DNA from: Ostrea edulis
Lineage: Eukaryota
DNA length: 64,000 nucleotides
Assembly (NCBI RefSeq): GCF_947568905.1
Contig: NC_079166.1
Span: forward strand, 37,944,001 to 38,008,000
Direction of reading: 5' to 3'
Shown: positions 1 to 10,371 of the stretch, piece by piece
Layout: the number at the start of each line of letters is the position of its first letter
Position numbering within the stretch: the first letter of the stretch is position 1
Position numbers and translations under genes: made by a program
The notes under the pieces: generated by a model
Told to the model about the DNA's origin: nothing
What the model saw: only the letters and a program-made list of their open reading frames with translations
The model's database searches: none

Positions 1-769
1 CGTCCGTATTTGATACGGGTTTTTTTTTGTGTGTGTGGCGAATATGCCATGTGCATTACATATTATGAATATGGCATGGACCTGTATTTTGTAAGAATTG
101 ATATAAATAATATATTTTGTGCTCTTTGCTTATTCCATTCTATCAGTATGTAATTGGCAAATGATTTCTCCGCATTTATTTCATAAGAAACTGCAAATAC
201 TTGCATGCACTTGCAAGTAAGCAAGAAAAGCTTCTTCTCTTCTTTTTTTTTGCATTTTTTTTTTAAATTATCTAAACTTTCGGAATGTTGCATTGGTACA
301 TGTATACAACAGATATTTTATAATTTTGAGCAAAGCATAATGTTTTAAAATGTGATTTTATTTGTTTCGCATTCCCTATATATTACTATCGGAGATGTGC
401 ACTGGTCGAGTCCACCTAGAAAAATCACTCAGGTGTGACAATCACATTTGGGGTGTATACGGGTAGAGTAAATTGGGCTACCTGAGAGAAATATGGCGGA
501 TAAGATGAGAAAGGTGTACGTATTTATTAATTCATGTCAGCTTTAAACCCGATTGATTTTCCTGTGATTCTTTGATTGAAAATATTTATGATTTAATGTA
601 ATTGATAAGAAATACACGTGTCTTTGGCAACCCTGTGGGTGCTCCAACAGGATCCATTTCATTTCAAACACTTAAATTAATTAGTATTGGTCTATCGAGA
701 AATTGAGACACAACGAATATCCGTACGAATTAATGTTCATCATATATATAGCACGAGGGATAAATCGTA

Positions 770-1110
770 TACACCTATAATGAGATAACTCGTGGTCGCT
801 GCAAGCCATACCAGATACATGGAGCCTCTCACACTGTTCTCGTTGAAAGCAAACGATGTGGCAACCATTCCCTTTCTCTTCTTTTAAAATAATCTATTGG
901 CTATAGTGTTTCATATAACCATCCTTTTGAGTGCATTGTCCTTCCGAACAGATGGTATATGGGGTCTTCCATATCTTGCACAATGACGTCATTTGTTACG
1001 TTTGTAACTGGTATTTTCTGACAGTTCTACAAATGGCTGAATGGTGATGGCCCACTTGATGACCAGTTTGTCTAAATAATATTTCTGCTTCCCTCATTCC
1101 AATAATCTGC
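770..1110 (-). pseudogene. Decayed Tc1/mariner transposase N-terminal (HTH) fragment
   Basis: Minus-strand translation across stops and frameshifts gives RQIIGMREAEILFRQTGHQVGHHHSAICRTVRKYQ...TNDV...GRP...REWLPHRLLSTRTV, the typical Tc1 paired-like HTH/RGRP N-terminus. Confidence 0.6.
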
Positions 1111-2309
1111 CGTCGGATTACCTAACTATACAGGTAAAATAAAAAAAAAATTGAAGCACTGTGTTAAAAACTGTGTACAGTAGCTCTATCGGAAATGAAT
1201 AAATTTTAATAGCCGCACGGGGGATTTTCTGCCAACAGAGTGGACAATAGACAATTGAGTACAGGTATATTGTAAACATAGGTACAGACTGAATTGCGTT
1301 ACTGAATTTAAAATCATTCTTCTGGCTTCCGACATTTTGATGAAGGAGTGGGATACTTTGTAAACATACCCCTTTATGTATTTTTGATGAACTTGTAAGA
1401 GACCATGGCTGTATTCCTGATTAGGAAAAGAACAATTATACTGTGAAATTTACATTTTGTTTATGCAGTTTTGTCTATGATGATCGATCACTTTCCACAT
1501 AAACATGTGTTTATGCATTGAGATGTCATCAGTTCCAGAGAAACATGGTCTGGATTAGGATAACCACAGTGTGGTGATCCGGGAAGTCAGATTGTTCTCT
1601 TTGAATTTTACAATATCAAACCCCTCTACAAAGCACCATCCTGTAAATGTGGTTAATTGAAATGATCACCAGCCGCAGTTGCTTATGCAACAGATCTAGA
1701 GAAATCTATCAGTAGTCAGGAGGGTGTATAAGGTTCAAAACGGATTCTGAGATTCCCAATTATTCCTTTTGGTGAATAAAAGACATTTTCAGAAAACAAA
1801 ATTAATACGGAAATAACGGTGTCCTCTTACCATGCAAAGTATTCCGGGTAGTAATTAATGATAACCAATGGGTTTTTTTTTTGTGGTTTGTTTCATTTTG
1901 AACACAACACATTTTAAAACTAACGCTCGATCGAGTTTTGTTTGTATGCTTCCAATATTTTTTGTGTATTTACTCTCTTGAGAAATATTGAGATGATTGA
2001 GAAAAAACTAACAACCGCAAATAAGTTTGTGATACACAATAGTGAGAATCTACCACGTTATGGTAAGTGATACTATTAAATACCTAAAATATTGTAGAGT
2101 TTATTTCCTCATAAAGGGATGTTTGTGACATGATTGGGGACGGACTACAAAACAGACATACTTTTTGAAATCTAAATCACGAAGATTCACTCTAGTAAGG
2201 GAAATATATTGCAAAGTTTAACGAGGGAGTTTTATCCCAAAATAGCTACGATTTACCAAAGTAGGGGGTATTTTAGCCTAAATAGCGAAAATGTTCCAAT
2301 GTATACTAA

Positions 2310-2515
2310 TGCTTGATCGATTGTTCCGCCACACTCAACAATTTTTCAGTTACCCGGTGGCGTCCAGTTTTTATTGGTGGAAGAGAACCCAGATACAATG
2401 TACCCGGGAAGAGACCACCGACCATCCGCAAGTAAACTAGGAAACTTTCGCGATCGGGATTCGAACCCGTGTAATTTTGAGCGCGATGCTCTATCCACTC
2501 GGCCACGGAAGTTCC
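2310..2515 (-). mobile_element. tRNA-derived SINE
   Basis: Minus strand starts GGAACTTCCGTGGCCGAGTGGATAGAGC (A box) ... GGGTTCGAATCCC (B box), followed by a non-tRNA body (GGTCTCTTCCCGGGTAC...TCTTCCACCAATAAAAACTGG). Confidence 0.7.
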
Positions 2516-2642
2516 GTATTCTAATGGAAAAACGTAGCTGTACATGTCTTCAAATAACAATTGTATCATGTGTACAATTAATAGCAATTAACCTGTGAGT
2601 GAGCGAATAATAACAGCAAGGTAGAACTCAGCCTTCGCTAAA

Positions 2643-3130
2643 TTGACTGCTGTGGTTTGCTATCCGCAAACAGATGATGCAGAAGATGAAGAGAAAATAT
2701 CTTTCTATGACAGCCTACAAAAGGTAGCAGACGACACACCATCTCATGATGTTCTGCTTATCCTTGGAGACTTAAATGCTAAAGTTGGAAAATGCAACCA
2801 AAGTAAAGAAACCATCATGGGGCAGCAAGGAATAGGAGAATGTAACAACAACGGAGAGAGACTATGCACTTTCTGCCAAGAAAACGACCTAGTAATTGGT
2901 GGAACTATATTCATGCACAAAGACATCCATATGACAACATGGAACCCATGGATGGTCATACATAGAACCAAATTGACCATATTATCATCAACAAGAGATG
3001 GAGAAGTAGTCTTCTCGATGTGGTTGCAAAACAAGGGGCTGATGTGAGAAGTGACCACTCTTTAGTACTGGCAAAAATCAAGTTAAAACTGAGGAAATCA
3101 AGGAAAAAAGATCAAAGACCACCTCCAATC
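2643..3130 (+). pseudogene. RTE apurinic-like endonuclease domain (frameshift/stop)
   Basis: ORF 2643-3047 contains GDLNAK and NGERL motifs; NQIDH and SDH motifs continue in another frame. Confidence 0.85.
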
Positions 3131-3142
3131 AACATCCATAAA

Positions 3143-4274
3143 TCAGTATATGCACCCAGGGGTGCATGAGCCGAGTTGCATGGGATACATTGTAACGCCA
3201 GGAATGACGTGGTATATTTATAATTATAAACTAATTTCAGTTTTAAACTTTTCGAGTTACTGTCCAGAAACCATATTTGTCTGAAGTTTTCAATCTATAT
3301 TCGGTCACTGTGACCTTGACCTTTGTTCTCCAAAATCAATAGGGGCCTTGCTTTGCTGGTATCCAACAATATATCCAAGTTTCATTTGATTCAAATTAAA
3401 ACATTTTGGAATTTTAAATCTATTTTCGGTCACTGTGACCTTGACCTTTTATCTATTTTCTCCAAAGTCAATAGGGGTCTTCCTTACCTGGTACATAACA
3501 ATATATTCAAATATTATTTGATTCGGATTTAAACTTTCTGAGTTATCACCCGGAAACAAAATATTTCTGAAGTTTTCAATCTATATTCGGTCACTGTGAC
3601 CTTGACCTTTGTTCTCCAAAATCAATAGGAGCCTTGCTTTGCTGGTATCCAACAATATATCCAAGTTTCATTTGATTCAAATTAAAATTTTTCGAGTTAT
3701 CCTCCGGAAACCAAAATCCTTTTGGAATTTGAAATTTATTTTCGGTCACTGTAACCTTGACCTTTGACTTATTCTCTCCAAAGTATATAGGGGTCTTCCT
3801 TACCTGATACATAACACTATCTGCAAGTATCATTTGATTCGGATTTAAACTTTCTGAGTTATCATCCGGAAACCAAATATTTCTAAACTTTTCATTCTAT
3901 ATTCGGTCACTGTGACCTTGACCTTTGCCCTTTTTTCTCCAAAATCAATAGGGGTCTTTCTTACCTGGTACCCAACAATATATCAAAGTTTCATTTGATT
4001 TGGATTTAAACTTTCGGAGTTATCATCCGGAAACCAAATTTTCCTGAAATTTTCATTCTATTTTCGGTAACTGTGACCTTGACCTTTGACCATTTTTCTC
4101 CAAAATTAATAGGGGTCTTTCTTACCTGATACCCAACAATATATCAAAGTTTCATTTGATTAGATTGTGAACTGTTTGAGTTATCATCCGGAAACCAATT
4201 GTTGACACCCAACCGCCCGCCCGCCCGCATCACCAAACCAATAGCCGAGTTCAACTTCGTTGTAACTCGGCTAA
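3143..4274 (+). mobile_element. Non-autonomous Helentron-like element (HINE/DINE-1/pearl type) with internal about 160-bp tandem array
   Basis: 5' subterminal AGCCGAGTTG; about 6 repeats anchored by CGGTCACTGTGACCTTGACCTT (about 3302, 3427, 3588, 3743, 3904, 4065); (CCCG)n near 4213; 3' palindrome TAGCCGAGTT...AACTCGGCTA. Inserted in an A run; the RTE frame rejoins (NIHK|LKNTK). Confidence 0.8.
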
Positions 4275-4751
4275 AAACTCAAAAATACAAAAACCCTGAG
4301 ATCTTTTCAATTAAAAGTCCAAAACAGGTTTTCAGCACTCATGGAACATCCTGATGAAATCGATATGGAAACTTTTAACAAAGTATTAATAGAAAATAGT
4401 CAACAAATACTTGGTCCAAAGAGAAAGAAAAAAGAAGAATGGTTCAGATAAAACATGGAAAATAGTAGAACAACGAAAAGAGAAGAAAAGTAAAATCTTG
4501 TCCACAAAATCCAAGAGGCAAAAGGACCAACTCCAGACAGAATATCGGGCTTTTGACAAGGAAGAAAAGAGGAGTGCAAGAGCTGACAGAAAGGCATACA
4601 TTGAAAAGCTAGCAAATGAGGCAGAACAAGCAGCTTCTGAACAAGACATGCAGACCCTCTATCGAATTACAAAAACATTAGCAGGCAAATTTCAGTCATC
4701 AGAGCTACCAATTAAAGACAAACAGGGAAATGTACTATCAAAAGAAGAAAA

Positions 4752-5034
4752 CAATAATTCGTTACTAGCTTGAAAATACGGATGTATATTTAATTGCTGT
4801 TATAAAATTTAGAAATTCATTTCAAAATTAAGGATTATCTCCCTCACGCGTAGCTCTTATCCTTAAACGAATTTGACTCCACTTTTTTGGCACACTGTTT
4901 TTGCCTATAATAGCTCTAAAACTTCATTGTTATTTCGGATTTCAAACATTTCGGTTGAGCATCACTGGAGAGATATAATTTGTCGAAATACGCATCTGGT
5001 GCATCAAAATTGGTACCGTATAAGTTTTACAATT
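4752..5034 (+). repeat. Hammerhead-bearing dispersed repeat (Penelope pLTR/retrozyme-like), copy 1, inserted in the RTE
   Basis: Near-identical to 48935-49205 and 57920-58160. It splits the RTE frame SKEEN|ILKRWKEHF. Confidence 0.8.
4955..5007 (+). ncRNA. Type-I hammerhead ribozyme, degenerate copy (core CTGGAGA)
   Basis: TTGAGCATCA CTGGAGA GATA-TAATT-TGTC GAAATACGCATC TGGTGCATCAA; core A->G change, probably inactive. Confidence 0.6.
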
Positions 5035-5095
5035 TACTGAAACGCTGGAAGGAGCATTTTGAAGAAGTATTTAATATGACCCAGAGAACGAGGCA

Positions 5096-6655
5096 ATGAT
5101 AATACCAGCCACGGACACATTAGATATTCATACTGATCCACCAAGTATAGAAGAGGTAAAAAAGGCAATCGCTAAACTGAAAAATGGAAAAGTTGCAGGC
5201 ATTGATCAGATACATGCAGAGCTTCTCAAGGCCGAAGAATACTGGACATCTACAATTTTGACAAATATCCGACAGAAGATCTGGGAATCAGAAGAAACAC
5301 CATCCTTCTGGAAAACTGGCCTAATAGTTAAATTACCAAAGAAAGGAGACCTCTCAAACTGTAACAACTATAGAGGAATAATGTTGCTTTCCGTTACCAT
5401 GAAGGTTCTATGCAGAGTGATACTGGACAGAATTGTAGAAGTAACAGATCCCTTACTGCGTCAAGAACAAGCAGGCTTTAGGAAAGAGAAGTCGTGCGCT
5501 GATCAGATATTCGCTCTCAGACAAATTCCAGAACAACGCAATGAATGGAACTCCCCATTATACATCAATTCCATCGACTTCACCAAAGCTTTTGATAGTG
5601 TTAATCGCCTAGCCCTAGAAAGAATCCTTCGTCAATATGGAATCCCAGATAAAGTAATCTCCATCATCAAGATGCAATATACTGAACTTAATGCCAGAGT
5701 TATATGTGGATCAAACCTATCAGAGGAGTTTAAATTGACGACAGGAGTGAAACAGGGATGTCTACTCTCTCCTCTTCTCTTTACCTTCTGCATCGACTGG
5801 ATTATGCGAAAAACAACTAGAAGCAAACGAACAGAGATTAGCTGGGGTATGACAGAAGTACTTGAAGACCTTGATTTTGCGGACGATATTGCTCTATTAT
5901 CTCACCGTCATCGAGACATGCAAGGAAAAGTCACCCAGCTTGCAAAAACAGCTGAAACAATTGGCCTTCATATAAACACCTCCAAAACTAAGATAATGAA
6001 GGTCAACACCGTATCAGAGGACCCTATCTCTTTAAATGGCACAAACATAGAAGATGTCACCAACTTCCCATACCTAGGAAGTAAGATCACCACTGATGGG
6101 AATTCAGAGGCAGATGTACAAGCTCGCATTTCTAAAGCCACAGGAGCGTATGCTGCTCTGCGGAACATCTGGAGGTCAACAAAGTTTAGCACCAACACCA
6201 AAATTACGATCTTCAAGAGCAACGTGCTTGGGGTCCTACTATATGGTGCTGAATCTTGGAAAGTAACCAAGTCTATTTCCAACAAGCTGGATGTATTTCA
6301 GACCCGATGTCTTCACAGAATATTGCGCATCTTCTGGCCTAACACCATCTCAAATGATGAACTGTACAAAAGGACAAACACCACTCTTCTATCCCAGACG
6401 ATCAGAAAGAGAAAATGGCTGTGGATAGGACATGTATGCAGAATGCACCCAACTTCCATCCCAAGGGTTGCTTTGAAATGGACACCAACTGGCAAGAGAA
6501 AGAGAGGAAGACCAAGAGAGACCTGGAGATCGGTGGAGAAAGAAATGAAAGATAACAACTGGAGTTGGGGACAGGTCCAGAAATGGGCAAAAGACAGACC
6601 AACATGGAAGTCTCTGGTGACGGCCTTATGTGCTGACCAGCACGAAGAGGACTAA
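5096..6655 (+). CDS. RTE reverse transcriptase, uninterrupted 519-aa stretch
   Basis: Motifs LPKKGDLSNCNNYRGI, QAGFR, DFTKAFDS, GVKQGCLLSP, DFADD, FPYLGS, GRPRETW. Confidence 0.93.
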   Translation: MIIPATDTLDIHTDPPSIEEVKKAIAKLKNGKVAGIDQIHAELLKAEEYWTSTILTNIRQKIWESEETPSFWKTGLIVKLPKKGDLSNCNNYRGIMLLSVTMKVLCRVILDRIVEVTDPLLRQEQAGFRKEKSCADQIFALRQIPEQRNEWNSPLYINSIDFTKAFDSVNRLALERILRQYGIPDKVISIIKMQYTELNARVICGSNLSEEFKLTTGVKQGCLLSPLLFTFCIDWIMRKTTRSKRTEISWGMTEVLEDLDFADDIALLSHRHRDMQGKVTQLAKTAETIGLHINTSKTKIMKVNTVSEDPISLNGTNIEDVTNFPYLGSKITTDGNSEADVQARISKATGAYAALRNIWRSTKFSTNTKITIFKSNVLGVLLYGAESWKVTKSISNKLDVFQTRCLHRILRIFWPNTISNDELYKRTNTTLLSQTIRKRKWLWIGHVCRMHPTSIPRVALKWTPTGKRKRGRPRETWRSVEKEMKDNNWSWGQVQKWAKDRPTWKSLVTALCADQHEED

Positions 6656-7283
6656 GTAAGTAATTAATATAAATTGGTGTTGTTTGATAATACTTAAAGT
6701 GTCTAGAGTAATTCATGTGAAAACGCCGAAGAGAAATTAGGTATATTTTAAAGATTCACAAAGTCAATAAAGGGAGTGAAATCCATTAGTATCGAAATAT
6801 GATTGACGACGATGTCTCCTAAATACAATCCAGTTCAAAAAGGGACCTTTTTCCAAATTTGAACCAGTTCCTGGCCCAGTTCGGCCAACGTCAGAGGTGG
6901 ATTGGGGCCATAACGTAAACAGCGTTACATTTCACACAGACGCGTTCCTTGAATAAAACATCAAGGGAAACAATAGGCCAAGGCAATACATTAACATCTA
7001 TATTGCCCAAGAAAGTCATGAATAATTCGTGCAACGTGGGCTATTGTTTGTTCTGTAGTAATGTAGTTTGTTGTCTGCGATTTGGGATGAAGGTCAAGAC
7101 ATGGTGTCGAAGAATTGCGTTCCTATGCCGAATTGATCGAAGGTTTCTGCCAATAATAACCAAAGGAGTTATTCCATGTGCAGTTATGCCTACCCCGGAC
7201 AATTACACAACCTCTAGCAAATAACTAATGTTGTACAATGCAGGCGTCTATAAAGCGTTTTTCAACTGAGTGATACACTATAT

Positions 7284-7350
7284 AAATATTGCATGTAGTT
7301 GAGGGTAACATTGAACATTTTCAATGTTACCTCAACTACATGCAATATTT
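7284..7350. repeat. Near-perfect inverted repeat (about 31-bp arms, 4-nt loop)
   Basis: AAATATTGCATGTAGTTGAGGGTAACATTGAA-CATT-TTCAATGTTACCTCAACTACATGCAATATTT (one-base indel). Confidence 0.9.
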
Positions 7351-9073
7351 GTTTTATTATACTGAATGTTATACAAACAACAAAGCAGAAAGACTTACGT
7401 CTGTTGACATTTGCTCAATCACTGTCATTGCGATATTTTTTATATCAATGCGGGTATTCTCGTTTATTACAAACGCTCAAACGACGTCATTTTACAATCT
7501 ACGCGGATAATTGCGACGCATATAATAATTTTTATAATATTACCCGTTGTCAATACTGTTACCCTTTGCTAGGTAATATCACCCTGGAGCGCGTGATTTC
7601 TGTTCTCAGAGGGTGACAATAAGTTTTTTCAAATGCTTCTCGACCAATCAGATTCGAGTATTTTACATGAAAGTATAATAATATTGATATAGCCGTCGTT
7701 GCTGTGTAGAGGGAAATGAGTTTCATTTGCAAATTTGCAAATAAACTTTGTACCCGGTCTTGCACTCTAAATCACACATATTACTGGTATATACACCATG
7801 CCAGTCTGGCCACAATATGTGTCTGCAGTTGCATGGGGCGGATCGCTGGAAGTCGTGGGCGGATGTCATGTCCCCGCAATCTATTGAACTTATCATCCCC
7901 ATACCCTGAGTTCTAGCTGTGTAACGTGAAGACTGGAATCGATTTCGTAAATGAACAAGCTAAGAAAATTGCCTTGCTGATATGACATCACACGTAGACG
8001 TTCAAAAAGGACGGTCTTGTATGTTTCTAAATCGACGATAGCGCATCCAGCGTACTCTTATGGTGTTTTGGTGCACTCCAAACTCTTTTGAAACACTGAT
8101 CTGTGCAATTCAAGCTATCAAACTGACATTGCGACAAAGACGAGCAGCTGCGTTTAGGAGAGGTATCTCAATTACTCCAAATATAATCAAATAAAATTGT
8201 GTTCAGAGTTCCGAAACGGTAAAAATGAGATTTCTGTTTTGGTTTATAGCAATAAACTCAGAACAGCAACAAATCAACCGGAGAGATAGTAAGAACACAA
8301 TATGCTTAATATTCAAGTGTCAAAACTCTCCCAAAAATATCAGTTACTGTGGAAATGTTTAGATTCACGGGGGGGGGGGGGGGGGGTAATTGTTTTTTTT
8401 AATTTGACGAGATTCTACACGTTCGATGGGATTAGGATGTAATTTCGTGAATATGGTTCTGTACATTCATAGTGCTTTGAAATTTGTGGGACTGGGGTAC
8501 CAAAACATCAATGAAAATTGAGCAACAGAAAATCTAATCTTTGTAGAGTATTATTTGATTTCCTGAACCGGTAGCTACAAAATGCAAGTGTTTCATTTGA
8601 AAAGATGGTCACTTTGTCTAAATACTATTGTGTATGGTTGCCTTTTCCATTAGGATACATGAATTGATTGCTACGAGTCCCCTCCCCCTCTTGAGTATCT
8701 TATTCATTTAAGACAAAGAATTTGTTAAATGTTGTATACATTTTATTATACTTATCGACTACTTTGAAATGATACATTCCAGCCTTTCTATTTTATTGAA
8801 GATCATGAATGATATTATGGTATTATAACAATACATAAGTATTACACCATATATGCGTCTATGTATATCTTTATGTATCAACAAATACTTTACGGAGAAT
8901 CAAGCAGGGACATAAGGCACAAGTTCCAAAATTATGGTATATCATGTCAAACAGTGTGAATCAATTACATTGTGTAACAAAAATATCGGTATAGAAAGAA
9001 AAAGCTCTAAATACGTCTATAAAGGAAACTATTTTAAAATCATAAGGTGCTGGTAATTAAAATGTAAGAAATG

Positions 9074-10371
9074 TCATCTGCAGATTACACCGGCTTGCTC
9101 ACTTGTTCCACAGTTGTGAATGCCAATTCCGTTATGACCACAGTTTAACAAGTGAACTTCACTGCCAATACAGATCACGTTGTCCAACCAAAATTTTCCA
9201 CCACCGATTCCGAAATATGATCCATTTCGAGCAACTGCGTTACCACTACAAAGAGATCAAGCAGATGTTTAATTCTTACATGGGTTGAATGAAAATTTGC
9301 AATGTATGGAAACATGTATTGCCGTAGAAGAAACTCTCTAAAGATTACAAAACAGCGAATTATTCACAGTCTGTTTTATGAAAAATATTTCTACGGTAAT
9401 GGAATCACTTTTATTCCTAATATATGTGTGCTATCTGTTTACCTTTGTGAAAGAGTTGTAATAAGACGCTATTTTGTTAATATCTTTTGGGTGGTCATGA
9501 TTTGTAGTCGTTCTTTTAATGCTCTTTGTATTTCTGATTTATCATTGACAAGATGCATCTTTTAAGGCTTTAATTCCTAATTGCATTGACCAAATTTGTC
9601 CGTGGCATTTCATTAATTTTTAACGTCTTGTAAAATTTAGTTTTCTCTTTTCACATTTACATTATCTCAGATATTACTATCCCCCCCCCAAATATATAAT
9701 CCAAACGCTCTTAATGATTTTGTAGGGTAACGCCATCTATTAGTGGAAATACTTATTGCGCTCATTGAAATGGAGTATAAATGTTTGCACACAATGCCAG
9801 AGAACTTATAGTGTTTTTGTTTCTGGCTTTTGAAATTATGATGTCATAGATTGCTATATTCAAATATATTAAATATGAATACCGCTTATAAAGTATCCCA
9901 AACGATTTCAGTTATCTTTTTTGTAGTTTAGAATTCAGTTCATTATCATCACCTCTTCAATAAATATTTGCTGGAAATGATATCTACCCATATACAATGT
10001 AGTAAGTATTTTCTAGGCGTATTACCCGAGCTTGTAAGAATGACCAGGGAAGTAGCGATAGGTGTGTACTTATTTATTGTTTGCAACAAGTAATTGCGGA
10101 CCAAGATCCATGATTCTAATAGAATGGAAGTTTTAAGATAAGATATGCAGGGGTTTGAGGTTTCTGAAATATCTTTTGAAATGACGTTGAGAGAGATTTC
10201 TAAATACATATGCAGGAGTTTACCTTGGCAGTCCAAGACTTCGACAAACAACCCTGGCATGCTTACTGTCCCAGACGTCGTCACATACAGTCCCCCACTC
10301 GTTGTTGATAAACACCTCCACTCTACCCTCATAGTCATTACGTCCGTTCATCAAACGAATCTGTCCAGGAC
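9074..10371 (-). CDS. SRCR domain 8 (exons 10224-10371 and terminal 9074-9245)
   Basis: [30 protein letters not shown] / [25 protein letters not shown]...[14 protein letters not shown]. Confidence 0.92.

Larger units (their letters stand above)
2597..6664 (+). mobile_element. 5'-truncated RTE-clade non-LTR retrotransposon, interrupted by two insertions
   Basis: APE endonuclease remnant (ILGDLNAKVG, NNNGERL, with an in-frame TAG near 2965), linker, RT ORF, ...HEED* end, then a TAAGTAAGTAA tail at about 6653-6663 typical of RTE 3' ends. Confidence 0.92.

Noticed and set aside
2440-2515. tRNA gene (A and B boxes on the minus strand)
   Set aside because: No complete cloverleaf or anticodon arm, and it continues into a SINE body. 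Called a SINE head instead.
3240-4200. Regularly spaced repeats resembling a CRISPR array (also 61260-62140 and 20930-21760)
   Set aside because: The whole units repeat with no unique spacers, there are no cas genes, and the context is eukaryotic. These are tandem arrays or minisatellites.
5632-6716. Minus-strand ORFs 5632-5826, 5968-6285, 6313-6558, 6402-6716
   Set aside because: Antisense shadows of the RTE RT ORF.
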